Shown here: piece by piece, positions 42,136-55,536 of the stretch
Numbering within the stretch: position 1 is the first letter of the stretch
Layout: each line of letters starts with the position of its first letter
Assembly (NCBI GenBank): GCA_951406725.2
Contig: OX597823.1
Span: 60,202,001-60,266,000 of the forward strand
Reading direction: 5' to 3'
Source of the DNA: Octopus vulgaris
Lineage: Eukaryota
Length of the DNA stretch: 64,000 nucleotides
Notes under the pieces: model-generated
Seen by the model: the letters and a program-made list of their open reading frames with translations, nothing else
Databases searched by the model: none
What the model was told of the DNA's origin: nothing
Program-made: the position numbers and the translations under genes

Positions 42136-42213
42136 GTTGTCATTATAGCACTCAGAGTTTCGAATGTCGGAGCGAAGAGATACGATACATTCTCGTCGGC
42201 TATTAATGACAAC
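42136..42213 (-). ncRNA. Type I hammerhead-ribozyme-like fold with CCGACGA core
   Basis: Minus strand: GTTGTCATTAATAG CCGACGA GAATGT-19 nt-ACATTC GAAA CTC T GAG TG CTATAATGACAAC. 13-bp stem I with one bulge, 6-bp stem II, near-palindromic stem III. Confidence 0.7.
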
Positions 42214-42521
42214 AAATGCTACAAAAAGACCATTAGCTATAAGGGAAGTAGCTCTAATCGGCTGAAAAAGAAAAAAGAAAAAAAGATAAAAATATTATAA
42301 AGAATATATAAAAGATATATATAAAAATATACACACAACCATATTCTCACAATACATACACATAAACCTACTGTGTTCACAATGTCTACATACATACTAA
42401 ATACGTAAACATGTATACATACATGCACACATACACACAGACAAGCATATAAGTATGTATGTATAAACTTATACATACACACATATCCACAAACACAGAA
42501 GTACACATGCATGTATATATG

Positions 42522-42562
<41 letters not shown>

Positions 42563-43063
42563 ATATGTACACAACCTCATCCTCATATATACATAGATGC
42601 TTACATGCATACTCGTAACATAATATATATATTTAGACGTTTATTCCTTATTTCTCTCTTTCTTTCTCTCTCTCTTCCTCTCTCCTTTTCTCTTTCTCTC
42701 TCTTTCTCTCTCTCTCTTTGATTACGGAATACCTAGGCGAAATGGAAACTTGCATTGAATAATAAGACCCACATACATAGCTATACTAGAAACAGCTGTA
42801 TGGGACTTTAACCATTTACTGTAACTAGTCTGCATTAGGTTTATAAAATGAATTATAAATTAAAGGCTCTGAAGTGATAGCATATGTTTTACTTGCTCAT
42901 TTTCCATCTTAATATATATATATCTACCCTCTCAAGGATGCACCACTTCTAGCCATCTTTTACAGGCAGCTTCGACAGTACCTTTTCCAGAGTTTCCATG
43001 GTAACCGAGCAATTATAGTACATATGTATTACTTTATGTCTTCAGACATAAACTCTTTATATA

Positions 43064-43682
43064 TCTATATATATATAAAACTCAACTTGTGTGTCTGTGT
43101 GTGTATCTGTGTGTGTGTCTGTGTGTTTAACTTCCCGGCACATCTCCTCCTAGCCAACAAATCGTAGAACCACCAAAAATGGGTCACTTAAAGTTTAGGC
43201 GAATGAAAATTGAACTGCACAATTTCTGTTCCAAAATTCATCTCGCAAGTGTAAAAATCGATAATGTGTTTGTTTAGGCCTTATCCCATGCATTGAATAG
43301 TGAACTTTACTCAGTCAGCTGTTTGATGTGAACTGTATTCACCACACTTGCAAGCATGCGTAAATTGCATGAAAAATCAAAAATGAAGATATAAAAACGA
43401 ATCGCCGTAGACATTGTAGAAATTCAGCAAAGAAATGAATTTTCAGGATGTAGCCTGGAGGGTTTTTTTGTATTAATCGTTTGGACTTTATGAACACATA
43501 CCAATTGTTTTCATAACATTTTTAATGCTTTGAATTAAATGTGACCATTTTGCGTTGAGTCTGCAGTTTGAATCACTTTAACCAAATTTTAGCAGGCCGG
43601 ATTTTTGATCATCAAGATACATCACCAGTGACTCCCTGAAACTCTCCCCTGAAATCCCCATTGAGCTGGGCAATACTGCTAA
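43064..43682 (+). mobile_element. Non-autonomous Helitron
   Basis: 5' TCTATATATATATAAAA plus (GTGTCT)n. The 3' end GGGCAATACTGCTAA matches the end of 26270-26663. Confidence 0.7.
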
Positions 43683-43697
43683 TATATATATATATAT

Positions 43698-43762
<65 letters not shown>

Positions 43763-43766
<4 letters not shown>

Positions 43767-44103
43767 CGGAGATGTACTCGTATAGCAAGTGATTTGATCT
43801 GAGATCGTGTGCTGGAACGAAAACAATTGCAGCGTGGAAGGTGTTTGTAAGCCATTTAAGAAACACACAAAAGTCGTTCGATTCACTTCAACATTTAAGT
43901 TTAATTTGTCAAAATATTTTCATTGCTAAAATCCACAACCTGTTCACTGACAAAAATCCGTGCAGCACGGATTTTTGTCAGTGAACAGGTCGCGGATTTT
44001 AGCGACAAAAATATTTTGACAAATTAAACTTAAATGTTGAAGTGAATCGAACGACTTTTGTGTGTTTCTTAAATGGCTTACAAACACCTTCCATGCTGCA
44101 ATT
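43763..44103. mobile_element. Element with a 279-bp near-perfect palindrome (43825-44103) carrying a hammerhead-like motif on each strand
   Basis: 139-bp arms around A43964. Each arm reads TTGTCA GTGAACA G stem II (G/A)AAA ATAT TT TGACAA. TA tracts lie on both sides. Confidence 0.8.
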
Positions 44104-44115
44104 TTTATATATATA

Positions 44116-44693
44116 TGAGCAAAACGCCCCCCCCCCCATCCATTGGATGGTGCTAAGTTGCCAAACATTTAAAACAAATTTTCTCAAAACAACTTGTCCG
44201 ACTGTTCCATAGAAACACTGATTTAACCTAAGTGTGTTTGAGAAACACTGATTTAACCTAAATTTGAGACCCCAGCAAAAGAAGAAATAACGATAAACTT
44301 TTTTTCTATTCCAAAGAAAAACGATTTTATTCACACAAATATGCAACCGAAGAGTTTAAAGTACCAGTAATGATAAGGATGTTGACTGGGAGAACACAAA
44401 CATGGTTTAAACAGTAAGCTGGGCAGGAAAGAAACGTTCCTTTAAGCAGTACAAAAACAACAAAAAATAGAAGTTACAATTATGTACAGGTTGACAGAAC
44501 AAAAGCAGAACAAAAACGGCTTTATCGATCGCATTCTCAACTGGAATCGATTTTTGTAATTTTTTCAAGACTTATCCACGCCCTGATACCGTCGGTATAT
44601 ACATATCAAATTTGACCGCAATCGGAAGGGTGATGCTCGAGATCCAAGAAGATACAGAGACAGACAGACAGACAGAACAGATTTCATATAAGA
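44116..44693 (-). mobile_element. Non-autonomous Helitron-like element
   Basis: Minus 5' TCTTATATGAAATCTG plus (TCTG)n. 3' hairpin CCATCC-AAT-GGATGG, then GGGCGTTTTGCTCA. Confidence 0.6.
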
Positions 44694-44785
44694 TATATAT
44701 ATATTATATACATACACACACACACATATATACGAACATATATATATATATACATATATATATGTATGTGTGTATGTATATATAT

Positions 44786-45088
44786 TGTTTGTTCCTTCTT
44801 GAGCCATGCTTGGCTCATAAGGGCCGGTTTCCTGGTTTCCTTGGTGTATAGGTTCCCTACCTGGGCGGGACGCCCATCTGTTGCAGGTGACCTGAAAGAT
44901 GCAGGAGGAAAGAGTGAGAGAAAGTTGTGGTGAAAGAGTTAGCAGAAGTTCACCATTACCTTCTACTAAAGTCACGTGGAGCCTAGGTGTTTCACTCATA
45001 AACACACACATCGCACGGTCTGAGATTCGAACTTGCGATCCCTCGACAACGAGTCTGCTGCTCTAACCACTAGGCTACGTGCCTCCAC
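44786..45088 (-). mobile_element. SINE family C variant
   Basis: Colinear with 16000-16303. Confidence 0.8.
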
Positions 45089-45731
45089 TATGTATATATA
45101 TGCATATGTATGTATGCATGTGTGTGTATATATATATATATATAAATGTGTATGGATATATATAAATATGCATGTATGTATGCATATTTGTGAGTATATG
45201 TATATATATATATATATATATTAGTATATACACATGCACGTGCATGTGTGTGTGTCTGTGTGATATTCATGAAGCAAAGATGTGGAACGTGACCCCAAAA
45301 TTATTCCTTTGGTGGCAAAACAGCTTATTAACTTTTAAAGCTGTGATGTGTTTATATGTTTTATTTATTCATTGAGTCTCTTTTTTTTTTATATAACAGT
45401 TTACATTTTATGTGTGACCTGTAGTTTTCATGGCAAACGATTCTGAGAATCTCCAGAGGTCTCTGATATGCTGAACACAATAGAAATTAGTTATGAATTT
45501 GCAAATGGCTCAAGGACAGATAAAGGTTACTCTATATTAGTTGACTCCCGCTAACATTTCAGATATTAGGGGAGACTGGACATGAAGGAGATGAGATAAG
45601 GAGATTAAACGAATCATCCCCTCCTTGCTGAATTCATCTATGACATTTCACTTTTGATGGATTTGATATGCAAGCTTGTAGCTTTTGTGTTAATTTTGTA
45701 TACACACACACACATAAGTACATATATATAC

Positions 45732-45805
<74 letters not shown>

Positions 45806-46288
45806 CAGGCACACTTACATATATACATACATGTGTTGATTGTTTATTTGCATATGAAGATATACATATGCATTAATAAGTCTACTGGGCATCATGTGAA
45901 TTTCTGTGTATATACGAGCACTCAAATTGTTTTCTAAATGAACCGTACTGATACCATTCTTTATGCTCTGACTCCAATGTGTGTATGTGCGTGTGTGTGT
46001 GTTCGTGTGTGAGTCTTGTGATGGTGATATTTGTTTACAGCTGTCACATGAGGCCAGGGCAAGGATGCAGTAACATCCAAACATATATTATGAGCTTCTT
46101 TTAGTTTCCATCTGTCAAATCCACTCATTAGGCTTTGGTGGGCCTTAGTAGAAGACAGTAGCCCAATGAATTACACAGTGGGACTGAAACTGAAAACACT
46201 TACATGGGAAGCAAACTTCTTACTACATAGACATGCCAGCACCTATAATATATATATGTATTTATATATTTGTGCATGTGTGAGTATA

Positions 46289-46320
<32 letters not shown>

Positions 46321-46322
<2 letters not shown>

Positions 46323-46505
46323 CACAGGAGTGGCTGTGTGGTAAGTAGCTTGTTTACCAAACACATGGTTCCGGGTTCAGTCCTACTGCAGGGCACCTTG
46401 GGCAAGTGTCTTCTTTGATAGCCTCAGGCCGACCAAAGCCTTGTGAGTGGATTTGGTAGGCAGAAACTGAAAGAAGCCTATCATATATATGTGTGTGTTT
46501 GTGTG
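46321..46505 (+). mobile_element. SINE family A, 5' half
   Basis: Match to 338-520. Confidence 0.88.
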
Positions 46506-46863
46506 TAGTAGTAGTAGTAGTAGTAGTAGTAGTGCATTGTACCTGTATTCTGCTAAAAGCCATCAATGAATATCAGCACCTGACACACCTTCTGACCAGT
46601 GAAATCAGATCACTGCACTTTGTTCTTCTTTGGTGCACATTGCTGGTGGAATGGCCATGCTTACACTGTAAAGTCAGAAAAAAAAATGGTACATCAAGGC
46701 TCAAACTTCGATCACATGACCACAATAGTACCAACTATAATCATGAATGCACAGAAGACAATGTGACAATAATAGAGATATGTTATGGCAAAAGTGCGGA
46801 TAATTTTTGACTTCCCCTCAAACATACACATATATATATATATATATATATATATGAATGTGC

Positions 46864-47059
<196 letters not shown>

Positions 47060-47694
47060 TATATAGATATACATACAGTTATGTGAAGTTTCGAGAGCTA
47101 ATTAAATTGATAGAAGAGGCAAAATATAGACCAGTGTCTGGTTCAAATAATACAGAATGACTCCTCATTCATATTTCAAGGTAAAAGTGCAGTCTAAGAC
47201 AAAACAAGGTAATGATAACAACAACAACAATAATAATAATGATAATAATATTAATTTAAAAAATAAAGTAAAGTATTTCTCTAATAAAAAAAAACAACAG
47301 TCATAATACCTTTTGGTAAACACTATTTTTATTTCCTTTTCACTTCACAGGATGCTCTTCTCTTCTCTCTTATCCTATATGTTTGTTTTTGTCTTTTTTT
47401 TGTTTTGTTTTTATATGTGTTAAAATTGAAATGAAATTCTTCTAAGAGTAGTATATAACTATAACCTTGGGTTGTTTTGATGTTTACTTTCTGAAACCTG
47501 AAAATATTCTCATAATGATTGATTAACATTTGCTGAGATCTGCATAGCTTTGATCAATCTATATTCTTCACTCTAATATCGTCTTCATTCAGTCTTATTG
47601 CATTGCAATGCATTGCTTTGCTTTGCAGTGTGGTACAGTACTATGCTAGGCTTTGCAATTTGCTTTTATGTTTTTGCTGTCATTTTTTTTATAC

Positions 47695-47726
<32 letters not shown>

Positions 47727-47789
47727 AATATATATATATATAAATATATATATATAAATATAAATTTATATATATGTATATATATATAT

Positions 47790-47820
<31 letters not shown>

Positions 47821-49982
47821 GATGTATATATATATAGATGTATATATATATATGTAATATGTATATATATGTCTGTATGTATACGTATATATATATATAC
47901 ATATATTTATATACATATGCACAAGCATATATATGTATATGTATATATGTATATATATGTAAAGATACAACATAGTCTATGTTGTATCTTTGTTGTTGCT
48001 GTTTTTTACCTTGGATTTTTTATTTCCTATCTATTTTTCTATGTTTCTGTTATATGCACACACACACACACACAAACACACGTATATATAATACATACAT
48101 ATATATATATGTGTGTGTGTGTGTGTATATATATATATAAATGTAATGTCTGTTCATGAAATCATGCATCTAAAAATTGAAGTAAGCATTTTCAAAAGTG
48201 TTCTAAAAATGATGTTAAAATGACTTGAAGGCACTCCTTGGATGTTGGTAATGTTGTTAATAATAAAAATAATAATAGTAGTAGTAGTAGCAGTAATAGT
48301 AGTAGCAGCAGCAGCTACAGCAACAACAACAGCAGCAAATAAATAAAATGTAGGAATATATATGTGTGTATGTATGTATTCTTGTTCCTATAAACAATAT
48401 GTGAAAATATAGAGTATACTTTATCGAAGTGTATATGATTTATCAAAGTTACTTGTGTTACGTTTATTGGTTAAAACTTGTGAGAATTTTAATTAAGGCT
48501 TTTTATATATTTTAACGTTAATATATGTATATGTATACACACACATACATATATAAATACAAATGTATATATATATATACACACACTCACATATATGTAG
48601 CCAAGATTTAATAGTGATTCAGAGTCTTTGTTGCAGATAAAGGAAATACCATTTTCCAGCAGAATGCACTTTGCAGATATGCATCTTTGCGTGAAACATA
48701 ATGACATGTATAGTAACTGTAGTGAAATAAGATTTTGAGTGTTTGTTGCTGTTGTTGCAGTTGTTGTTGTTGCTTTGCTGCTGTTGCAGTTGTTTGTTTG
48801 TTTGCCTCCATGTTGGCTCTGACTGAACAGACATATGATCAAAGATATAACAGTCATGACTATCTCATCTTATATGATATAGTGTATCTAGGACTACATC
48901 ATACAAGGCATCCTTCTTTTGTAAAGACAGTAGAGTGCAATTTCAAAGGAGATTTTGCTGATATTTCTAGAAGGCTAAGTATAAAGACTCCCATAGGTTT
49001 GTGTTTATGACAGTTGGAAAATGTAGAAGTTAGAGCAGATGAAGTCAATAACACAGAAATATTATGGCCAGAAGGCCACAGTTTCATATTATAGTGCAAT
49101 TTTGTTTTTATTTATATAACCTAGTCAAGGATAAAACATTGACAGAAACATTAGAGTCGAGCTTCTCAAACAAAGCTATGTATACTCTTTGAAGTGCATG
49201 AGGTCTTTTAAAAGGAGTAGAATTTTAAAGTGATCACAAGCAACAATATGCAGCTCAGGTGTCTAGAAAATGTGTGGAGAGCTTTTTTTGTTTGTTTTTT
49301 TGTTGTTCATTTGTTCTTATTGTTGGGAACAAAGTTTTTTGATAATAATCATGACCAAAATAAACTTTATGTAAGTCTGTCAGTTGAGAATGGTATGTGA
49401 ATGTGCATTTATAAAGCTGTAACTAGAATTAAGTTACTCAATAGAAAAAGCCAAGCTCACTCATATCGTTAAAAATGTAACACTGAATTAAATGAAATTA
49501 ATATCTAGCACAGAAACAAGGCCAGATATTTTGCAGGAGGGCACAGTTGATTATATTGACTCCAGTACTTGACAGGTATTTCATTTCATTGCCTCAGGGA
49601 GAGTGAAATGAAATGCTAACTACAGCAGGATTTGAATCCTTTAAACTAAATTAAATTAAATTAAATTAATAACAAATAATACATGTCTGTTGTTTGTTTT
49701 ATGGCTTTTTTCTGTTTCTGTCAACCAAATCCACTCACAAGGCTTTGGCTGGTTTGGAGCTGTGGTAGAAGACACTTGCCCAAAATACTGACCCCAAAAT
49801 CACATGATTGCGAAGCAAGTTTCTTACCCACACAGCTATGCCTGTACCAATATATTTTTTCGTTAATTTGCTTAATCCAATGACCAACGCACATGCACAA
49901 ACACACATATTTATATATATATATCATAACCATTAATGCTACTAAGTACAGTAGCAACAACACTTCCAAGAGACATAAAGAA

Positions 49983-50079
49983 GATGATGAGGATGGTAAT
50001 GACGATGATGATGATGACGATGATGACGACGATGATGATGATGACGACGACGACGACAACGACGATGATGATGCTGATT

Positions 50080-50122
<43 letters not shown>

Positions 50123-50143
50123 CGATGATGATGATGATGGTGA
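49983..50143. repeat. (GAT/GAC)n microsatellite
   Basis: Directly visible. Confidence 0.95.
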
Positions 50144-50180
50144 TTTAAGTGTGTGTATGTGTGTGTAAATAGCAGATAGA

Positions 50181-50600
50181 AAAATAAAGAGTAAGACAAT
50201 AAATAGAAGAATACAGACTGGAGAATGAAGTTCACAGCTCATCTCTTTCCAGAAGGCATGGAGGTTACTCCATACTTCCACAAAGGTATAGGTCCTTAAG
50301 TATAATCCCAGTATAATGCCAAAATACTGCCTGGATTTACCTGGGATTTACCTGGGATTATACTTGAGAACCTATACCATCACGGAAGTTTGGAGCAACC
50401 ATTATGCCCTCTGCAAGAAGATGAGCTGTGAGCTTTATTCTCCTGTCTGTATTCTTCTATCTGTTATTTTATTCCTTTATAAACTGTAAATCCCCTGGAA
50501 CTTTCATACATAGTCACCTTGTCTCTGATGACAGTATACCCAGTGTACAGAGATGCTAACCTATCACTTGGGATATCCATAAAACAGCTGTAAGATATCC
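50181..50600 (+). mobile_element. Element with about 130-bp inverted arms (50181-50311 / 50352-50480) followed by a hammerhead-like motif (50522-50595)
   Basis: The arms are imperfect reverse complements. Then TCT CTGATGA ..TATACCCAGTG..CACTTGGGATAT.. AAAA CAGCTG TA AGA, with palindromic stem III ACAGCTGT. Confidence 0.65.
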
Positions 50601-50767
50601 AGTAATTAATTAACTAATTAATTAATTACTTCAAATTTCCCTTACTCTAATTGAATATTGCACATGACTTGAGATACTCATCCTGCCTTGGTTTTGTTGT
50701 CCTTTTTCCTCTAATGTAAATAATGTAAAAGATTCTTGTATCTTCCATCTTATATCTCTCTCATATA

Positions 50768-51570
50768 CAGGGTGTGATAGGTAAATTGTCACCATTTTAT
50801 ATTTTTAATTTTGCACACGTGCATTGTTTGTTTTTGATTTTGTCAACTACACAGTATAGTAGGGTCAGTTGAGCACCGCCTGTGAGAAAAACAGCACCAT
50901 GACACAATTCACTCTGCCAGAAATTTGGAAATGGTATGCTGCATTGGAATTAACACTGGATCTCCAATACAAACAGATGGTGAACATACAGAACAACCAT
51001 TGGCTAGCCATGTCACCAAAACATGTACCGAGAATGATAAAAATCAAACATCCAATCAACATCATGGTGTTTGGAGTGATCACTAGTGATGGTGACATTA
51101 AGCCTCTATTCATTTTCCCACATGACCTCACACTCAATACTGAAGCCTACATCAAGTGCCTGGAGAAGGTAGTGTTGCCCTGGGTCAAGAGAGTGGCTGA
51201 TGGAAGACCCTATATCTGGCAACAGGTTTCTGCACCATGCCGCACAAGCAGGAGAACCCCCTTGATTATTGTGTGGGGCACAGTTAAGTGAGACACCAAC
51301 AAAACTCCTTGTAACACCAAAGATGAACTGAAGGCAAGGATTATGGCAGCACTCACCAACTTACCTAAGGAGACTGTTCAGAAGAGTTGCAGGAGATTCC
51401 AAAGTTGTCTGGAGGCCGTGGTTGAAGCCAATAGCACTTTTATTGAATGAATTTACTCTTTAGTATTTCAAGATATTTTTATGTAATTTTGGTAAATATA
51501 TCTCTTAAAATGAGATGTCAGTGTTATTTTCCTTTTTGCATAATTTAGACGACACTATATTCACCTCTCT
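50768..51570 (+). mobile_element. Internally deleted Tc1/mariner (DD37D/maT-like) transposon
   Basis: TA then CAGGGTGTGATAGGTAAATTGTC 5' TIR. ORF 50869-51291 contains KHPINIMVFGVITSDGD..FIFPHDLTLNTEAYIKCLEKVVLPW..PYIWQQVSAPCRTS. Confidence 0.85.
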
Positions 51571-52517
51571 CTCTTCATATATATATATATACATATATAT
51601 ATATATGTATGTATGTATGTATGTATCTATGTATATATGTATGTATGTACAAACATACACACACACACACACACAACACACACACACACACACACACATC
51701 TATAAATACATGCATATACACTTGTATTAAACATCTTCATATAATTGCAGTTTAACCATCCTACAAATTCATATGTATTTATTGCAAATGGTATTTTACT
51801 TACCAAACTGCCAAACTTCCAAAAGAATGTATTATTATTTCATTTTCTTTTCCTGCAATGACAAAAAGGAAAAAAAAAAAGCTAGAATAGATAAATATAT
51901 ATTCCTGGAGAGACAAAAAAGCCAATAATTTGTGTCTAAACTATTTAGAACATTCGAATTTACAAATAACTTTTTTTAAAGCAGGAACTATTTTGGTAAG
52001 CTCTGAAAATACTTCATAGTTTACACTGATTTCATTATGCTTATCATCAGAGAATTTTTTTTTATTTTTTCCCTACAAGAATATTCTATTTAAAACATAT
52101 TAAAATATGCAGGAAACATTGCTGCTGGTACTTCCATCATGAAGATCTAGAACTAAGATGGAATGACCATTCCTGTTCAAATACATCATATGGGTAAAGA
52201 CTTTGTATCTTTATAAACCTATACAATAAAATTTTTCAAAAAAAAATGAAAGATTTTAACTCAGTGATAAAATGTGAATTATTTCTTTCAGCCAAGCAGT
52301 CTCTGCTAACTTAGTAGTTTACTCTCTTTAGAATTAAAATCATTTTCTCTAATGACGGTTTGTGGAAGTGATTGATTGGTGATAGCTTATTTGCCTTTAT
52401 TCTTTTATTCTTTCATTTGTTTCCGTCATTTGACTGTGGCCATACTGGAGGACCACATTTAGTTGAGCAAATCGACTCCAGGACTGATTCAGCTTTGCCT
52501 TTCATAATTTTTTTTTA

Positions 52518-52863
52518 TAGGCACATGAATGGCTGTGTGGTAAGTAGCTTGCTTACCAACCACATGGTTCTAGGTTCAGAAGTGAGTGGATTTGGTAGAC
52601 AGAAACTGAAAGAAGCTCATTGTATATATGTATATATATGGGTGTGTGTGTTTGTGTGTCTGTGTTTGTCCCCCCCAACATCGCTTGACAACCAATACTA
52701 GTGTGTTTGCGTCCCCGTAACTTAACAGTTCGGCAAAAGAGACTGATAGAATAAGTACTAGGCTTACAAAGAATAAGTCCTGGGGTCGATTTGCTCGACT
52801 AAAGGTGGTGCTCCAGCATGGCCACAGCCAAATGACTGAAACAAGTAGAAGAGTAAAAGAGTA
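52518..52863 (+). mobile_element. SINE family A with an internal deletion in the head
   Basis: Match to 338-759. Confidence 0.88.
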
Positions 52864-53274
52864 TCCATTTTTTCTTTTTTGATAAGAGGGCTGGACAATA
52901 AAATAAAATACCAATCAAAAGCAGTAGGTTAATACAACCGAAGATGGGGGTGGTCTCACATGATACCTTATTGTATTTGTTCCATTTTTTTATATTCTGA
53001 GTTCTTGGGTAATTTCCTCAATCTACCATTTGTAGTAGATTTTGCTGTTGCACATGTTTGGGTCAAGTCTCTGGCTGGAGGATAGCTTCCTCCTTCCCTC
53101 TCCCTCCATCATCACAGACCCTAAAAAAGAATCATAGGTACAGCCATTCCTTTTCTGATTAAGCCAGTAGTTCTCAACTATTTTTGGCCCATGGACAGCT
53201 TCATGTCCTATTTTATTTTACTGGACCTCCATAGCTATTCACGATATTATATAAAAATATCTTACTGTATATTT

Positions 53275-53615
53275 TGCATGCTGAATGGTTAGAACATTGG
53301 ACTCACAATCATGATGTAGCGAGTTTAATTCCTGGACTGGGCTGCATGTTGTGTTCTTGAGCAAGAAACTTTATTTTTGATGTTGCTCCAGCAGTTCACT
53401 CAGCTGTAGAAATGAGTTGCAACATCACTGGTGCCAAGATGTACTGGTCTTTGCCTTTCCCTTGGATAACATTGGCGGTGTGGAGAGAGGAAGCTGGTAC
53501 GCATGGGCAACTGTTGGTCTTCCATAAACAACCTTGCCCAGACTTGTGCCTCAGAGGGGAACTTTCTAGGTGCAATCTCATGGTCATTCATGACTGATGA
53601 AGGTTCTTTAACCCT
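53275..53615 (+). mobile_element. SINE with D-like head and CORE-like body, third tail type
   Basis: TGGTTAGAAC..GAGTTTAATTCCTGG..TGTGTTCTTGAGCAAG..CACTCAGCTGTAGAAATGAG followed by a distinct tail. Confidence 0.72.
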
Positions 53616-53792
53616 TTTAATATATTTTTGTAATTAAATATAAGGAATTGTATAAAACATTAAAATGTTTTGTGAGTTGTAGAAGTACAACCAATTTGCT
53701 GCAGATAAATTTTAACAATAAATGTATGTGTGTGTGTGTGTGTGTGTGTGTGCGTTTGCGTGTACGTGTGTGTGTGTGTGTGTGCGTTTGCG

Positions 53793-53832
<40 letters not shown>

Positions 53833-53854
53833 CAGAAAGTTTTACAAAATCCTT

Positions 53855-54098
53855 TATATTTCAGGCGCAAAGGCCCATCCTCAGAAGGAAACAGTTTGGG
53901 AAATGTTCAGTTGCACAGGTCCTGTTACTCTACTCAAACTCCTTGGCATTATGTTTGCAGCTGTAGCAGTCACTCTCCAGCTGTTGGCACAGTCAACTCT
54001 CTGAGTGTTGGTGTAAGCAACACCCAGCCCAGTCCAGAAGTCAAATTCACTACCTCATGATAGTGAGCCGGACGCTCTAACCACTGAGCCATGCACCT
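53855..54098 (-). mobile_element. SINE with D-like tRNA head, distinct body and B-like tail
   Basis: Head GGTGCATGGCTCAGTGGTTAGAGCG; tail GGGCCTTTGCGCCTGAAATATAAAGG. Confidence 0.6.
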
Positions 54099-54142
54099 TT
54101 CTAATTGTAAACTGTATGTACAATAAGTTTGCAAAACCAACT

Positions 54143-54286
54143 TCATCATCATCATCATCGTTAAACATCTGCTTTCCATGCTAGCATAGGTTGGACGATT
54201 TGACTGAGGACCGGTGAACTAGATGGCTGCACCAGATTCCAATTTGATCTGGCAGAGTTTTTACAGCTGTTACCCTTCCTAATGCC
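54143..54286 (-). mobile_element. RTE-type 3' end fragment
   Basis: Match to 32051-32200. Confidence 0.72.
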
Positions 54287-55126
54287 GGCTTATTGCACAC
54301 ACATTTTAACAACAAAATCTTATATAGATCTCCAAAGATTATATGGTCCCCAGTTGAAAACCACCCTCATAGATGTATTTTCATTGCTATATATATACTA
54401 TGAGATGAATTTAGTTTACTGCTTCAGGTTTGTTCATGGAAGTGTTCTTCCTGTGATACTAATTCCTGCTTCCTTTCACAACACACTAACATACACACCT
54501 TGAGATTTTGCTTTTTACTGTATTTCATGGCATAGAAGACACAGGTTTTTCCCCAAAAAATGTTATCTCAAAATATCACCACCTCAGGTCCAACATGCAA
54601 AAGTGCATTAGATATTTCATGCTCTAATGCATTGAAAACTTTCTTGCATGAATATGCGCTGTTATCATTGGGTGTTCTTAATATGCCTAATATTCTTATA
54701 TGCCTTGACTTCTTTTATGCCATCAAATACAATTATTTTATTTTCAAATAATTTTCTACCATTTCTGTTAACTGAACAACCAAGAATAATTATTTTCTTT
54801 CAGTATTTTTTTAATTTTTTTTTTTTTTCAGTTGAAGTCATAATGAGAATTGAAAAGCTGAGATGCAAGTTTTAGTTTTGACAATTTAGATACAAGCACA
54901 GCAACTTCTCAGAGACAAAGTGTCACAGATTATATTAATTATTTATTAGTTTCCAGGTGATGTTTTGTCTTTGCTTTTTCCATAGAAAAAAATTTGTCAA
55001 ACATATAGAAACTAGATAATTGAATGGTAGATGTGTGTGTTTGTGTGTGTGTATGCATGTGGGGGTGTATGTGTATTCGTGTGCACATGCATGTATGTAT
55101 ACACACACATATATACACACACGTAC

Positions 55127-55188
<62 letters not shown>

Positions 55189-55361
55189 ATGAACACGAAA
55201 GGCATTTTACTTAGTGACTTAATTATGGTAGTATCAGGAAGTTTAGCCTAGAATTTTACCAGTGCTGTGGTGCGGAGGAAGCAAAACCAAAATTAGGTCA
55301 ACCACCTGACTTCTCAGACTTTTTTCTAAAGAACTATTATTTTTCAGTAAAGCAATTACAG

Positions 55362-55399
<38 letters not shown>

Positions 55400-55536
55400 G
55401 TGTGTGTCTGTCTGTCTGTACATATATATGTATGTATTTATATATATGTATGTATGCATGTATACATATATGTATATGTATGTATATACATGCATATATA
55501 TATATGGGGTGGAGAATTCACAAAAAAACAAAAGAC

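Larger units (their letters stand above)
53165..54366. mobile_element. hAT-like MITE carrying nested SINE and RTE insertions
   Basis: Ends CAGTAGTTCTCAACT and AGTTGAAAACCACC resemble hAT CAGTGGTTCTCAAC TIRs. No 8-bp TSD is recognisable. Confidence 0.5.

Noticed and set aside
42980-43050. Minus-strand CTGAAGA-CAT...ATG-GAAACTCTG hammerhead candidate
   Set aside because: Only a 3-bp stem II and no stem I or cleavage triplet; could be chance.
46780-46820. Mariner-like terminal repeat AAAAGTGCGGATAATTTTTGACTTCCCCTCA
   Set aside because: No matching opposite TIR or transposase relic was found nearby.
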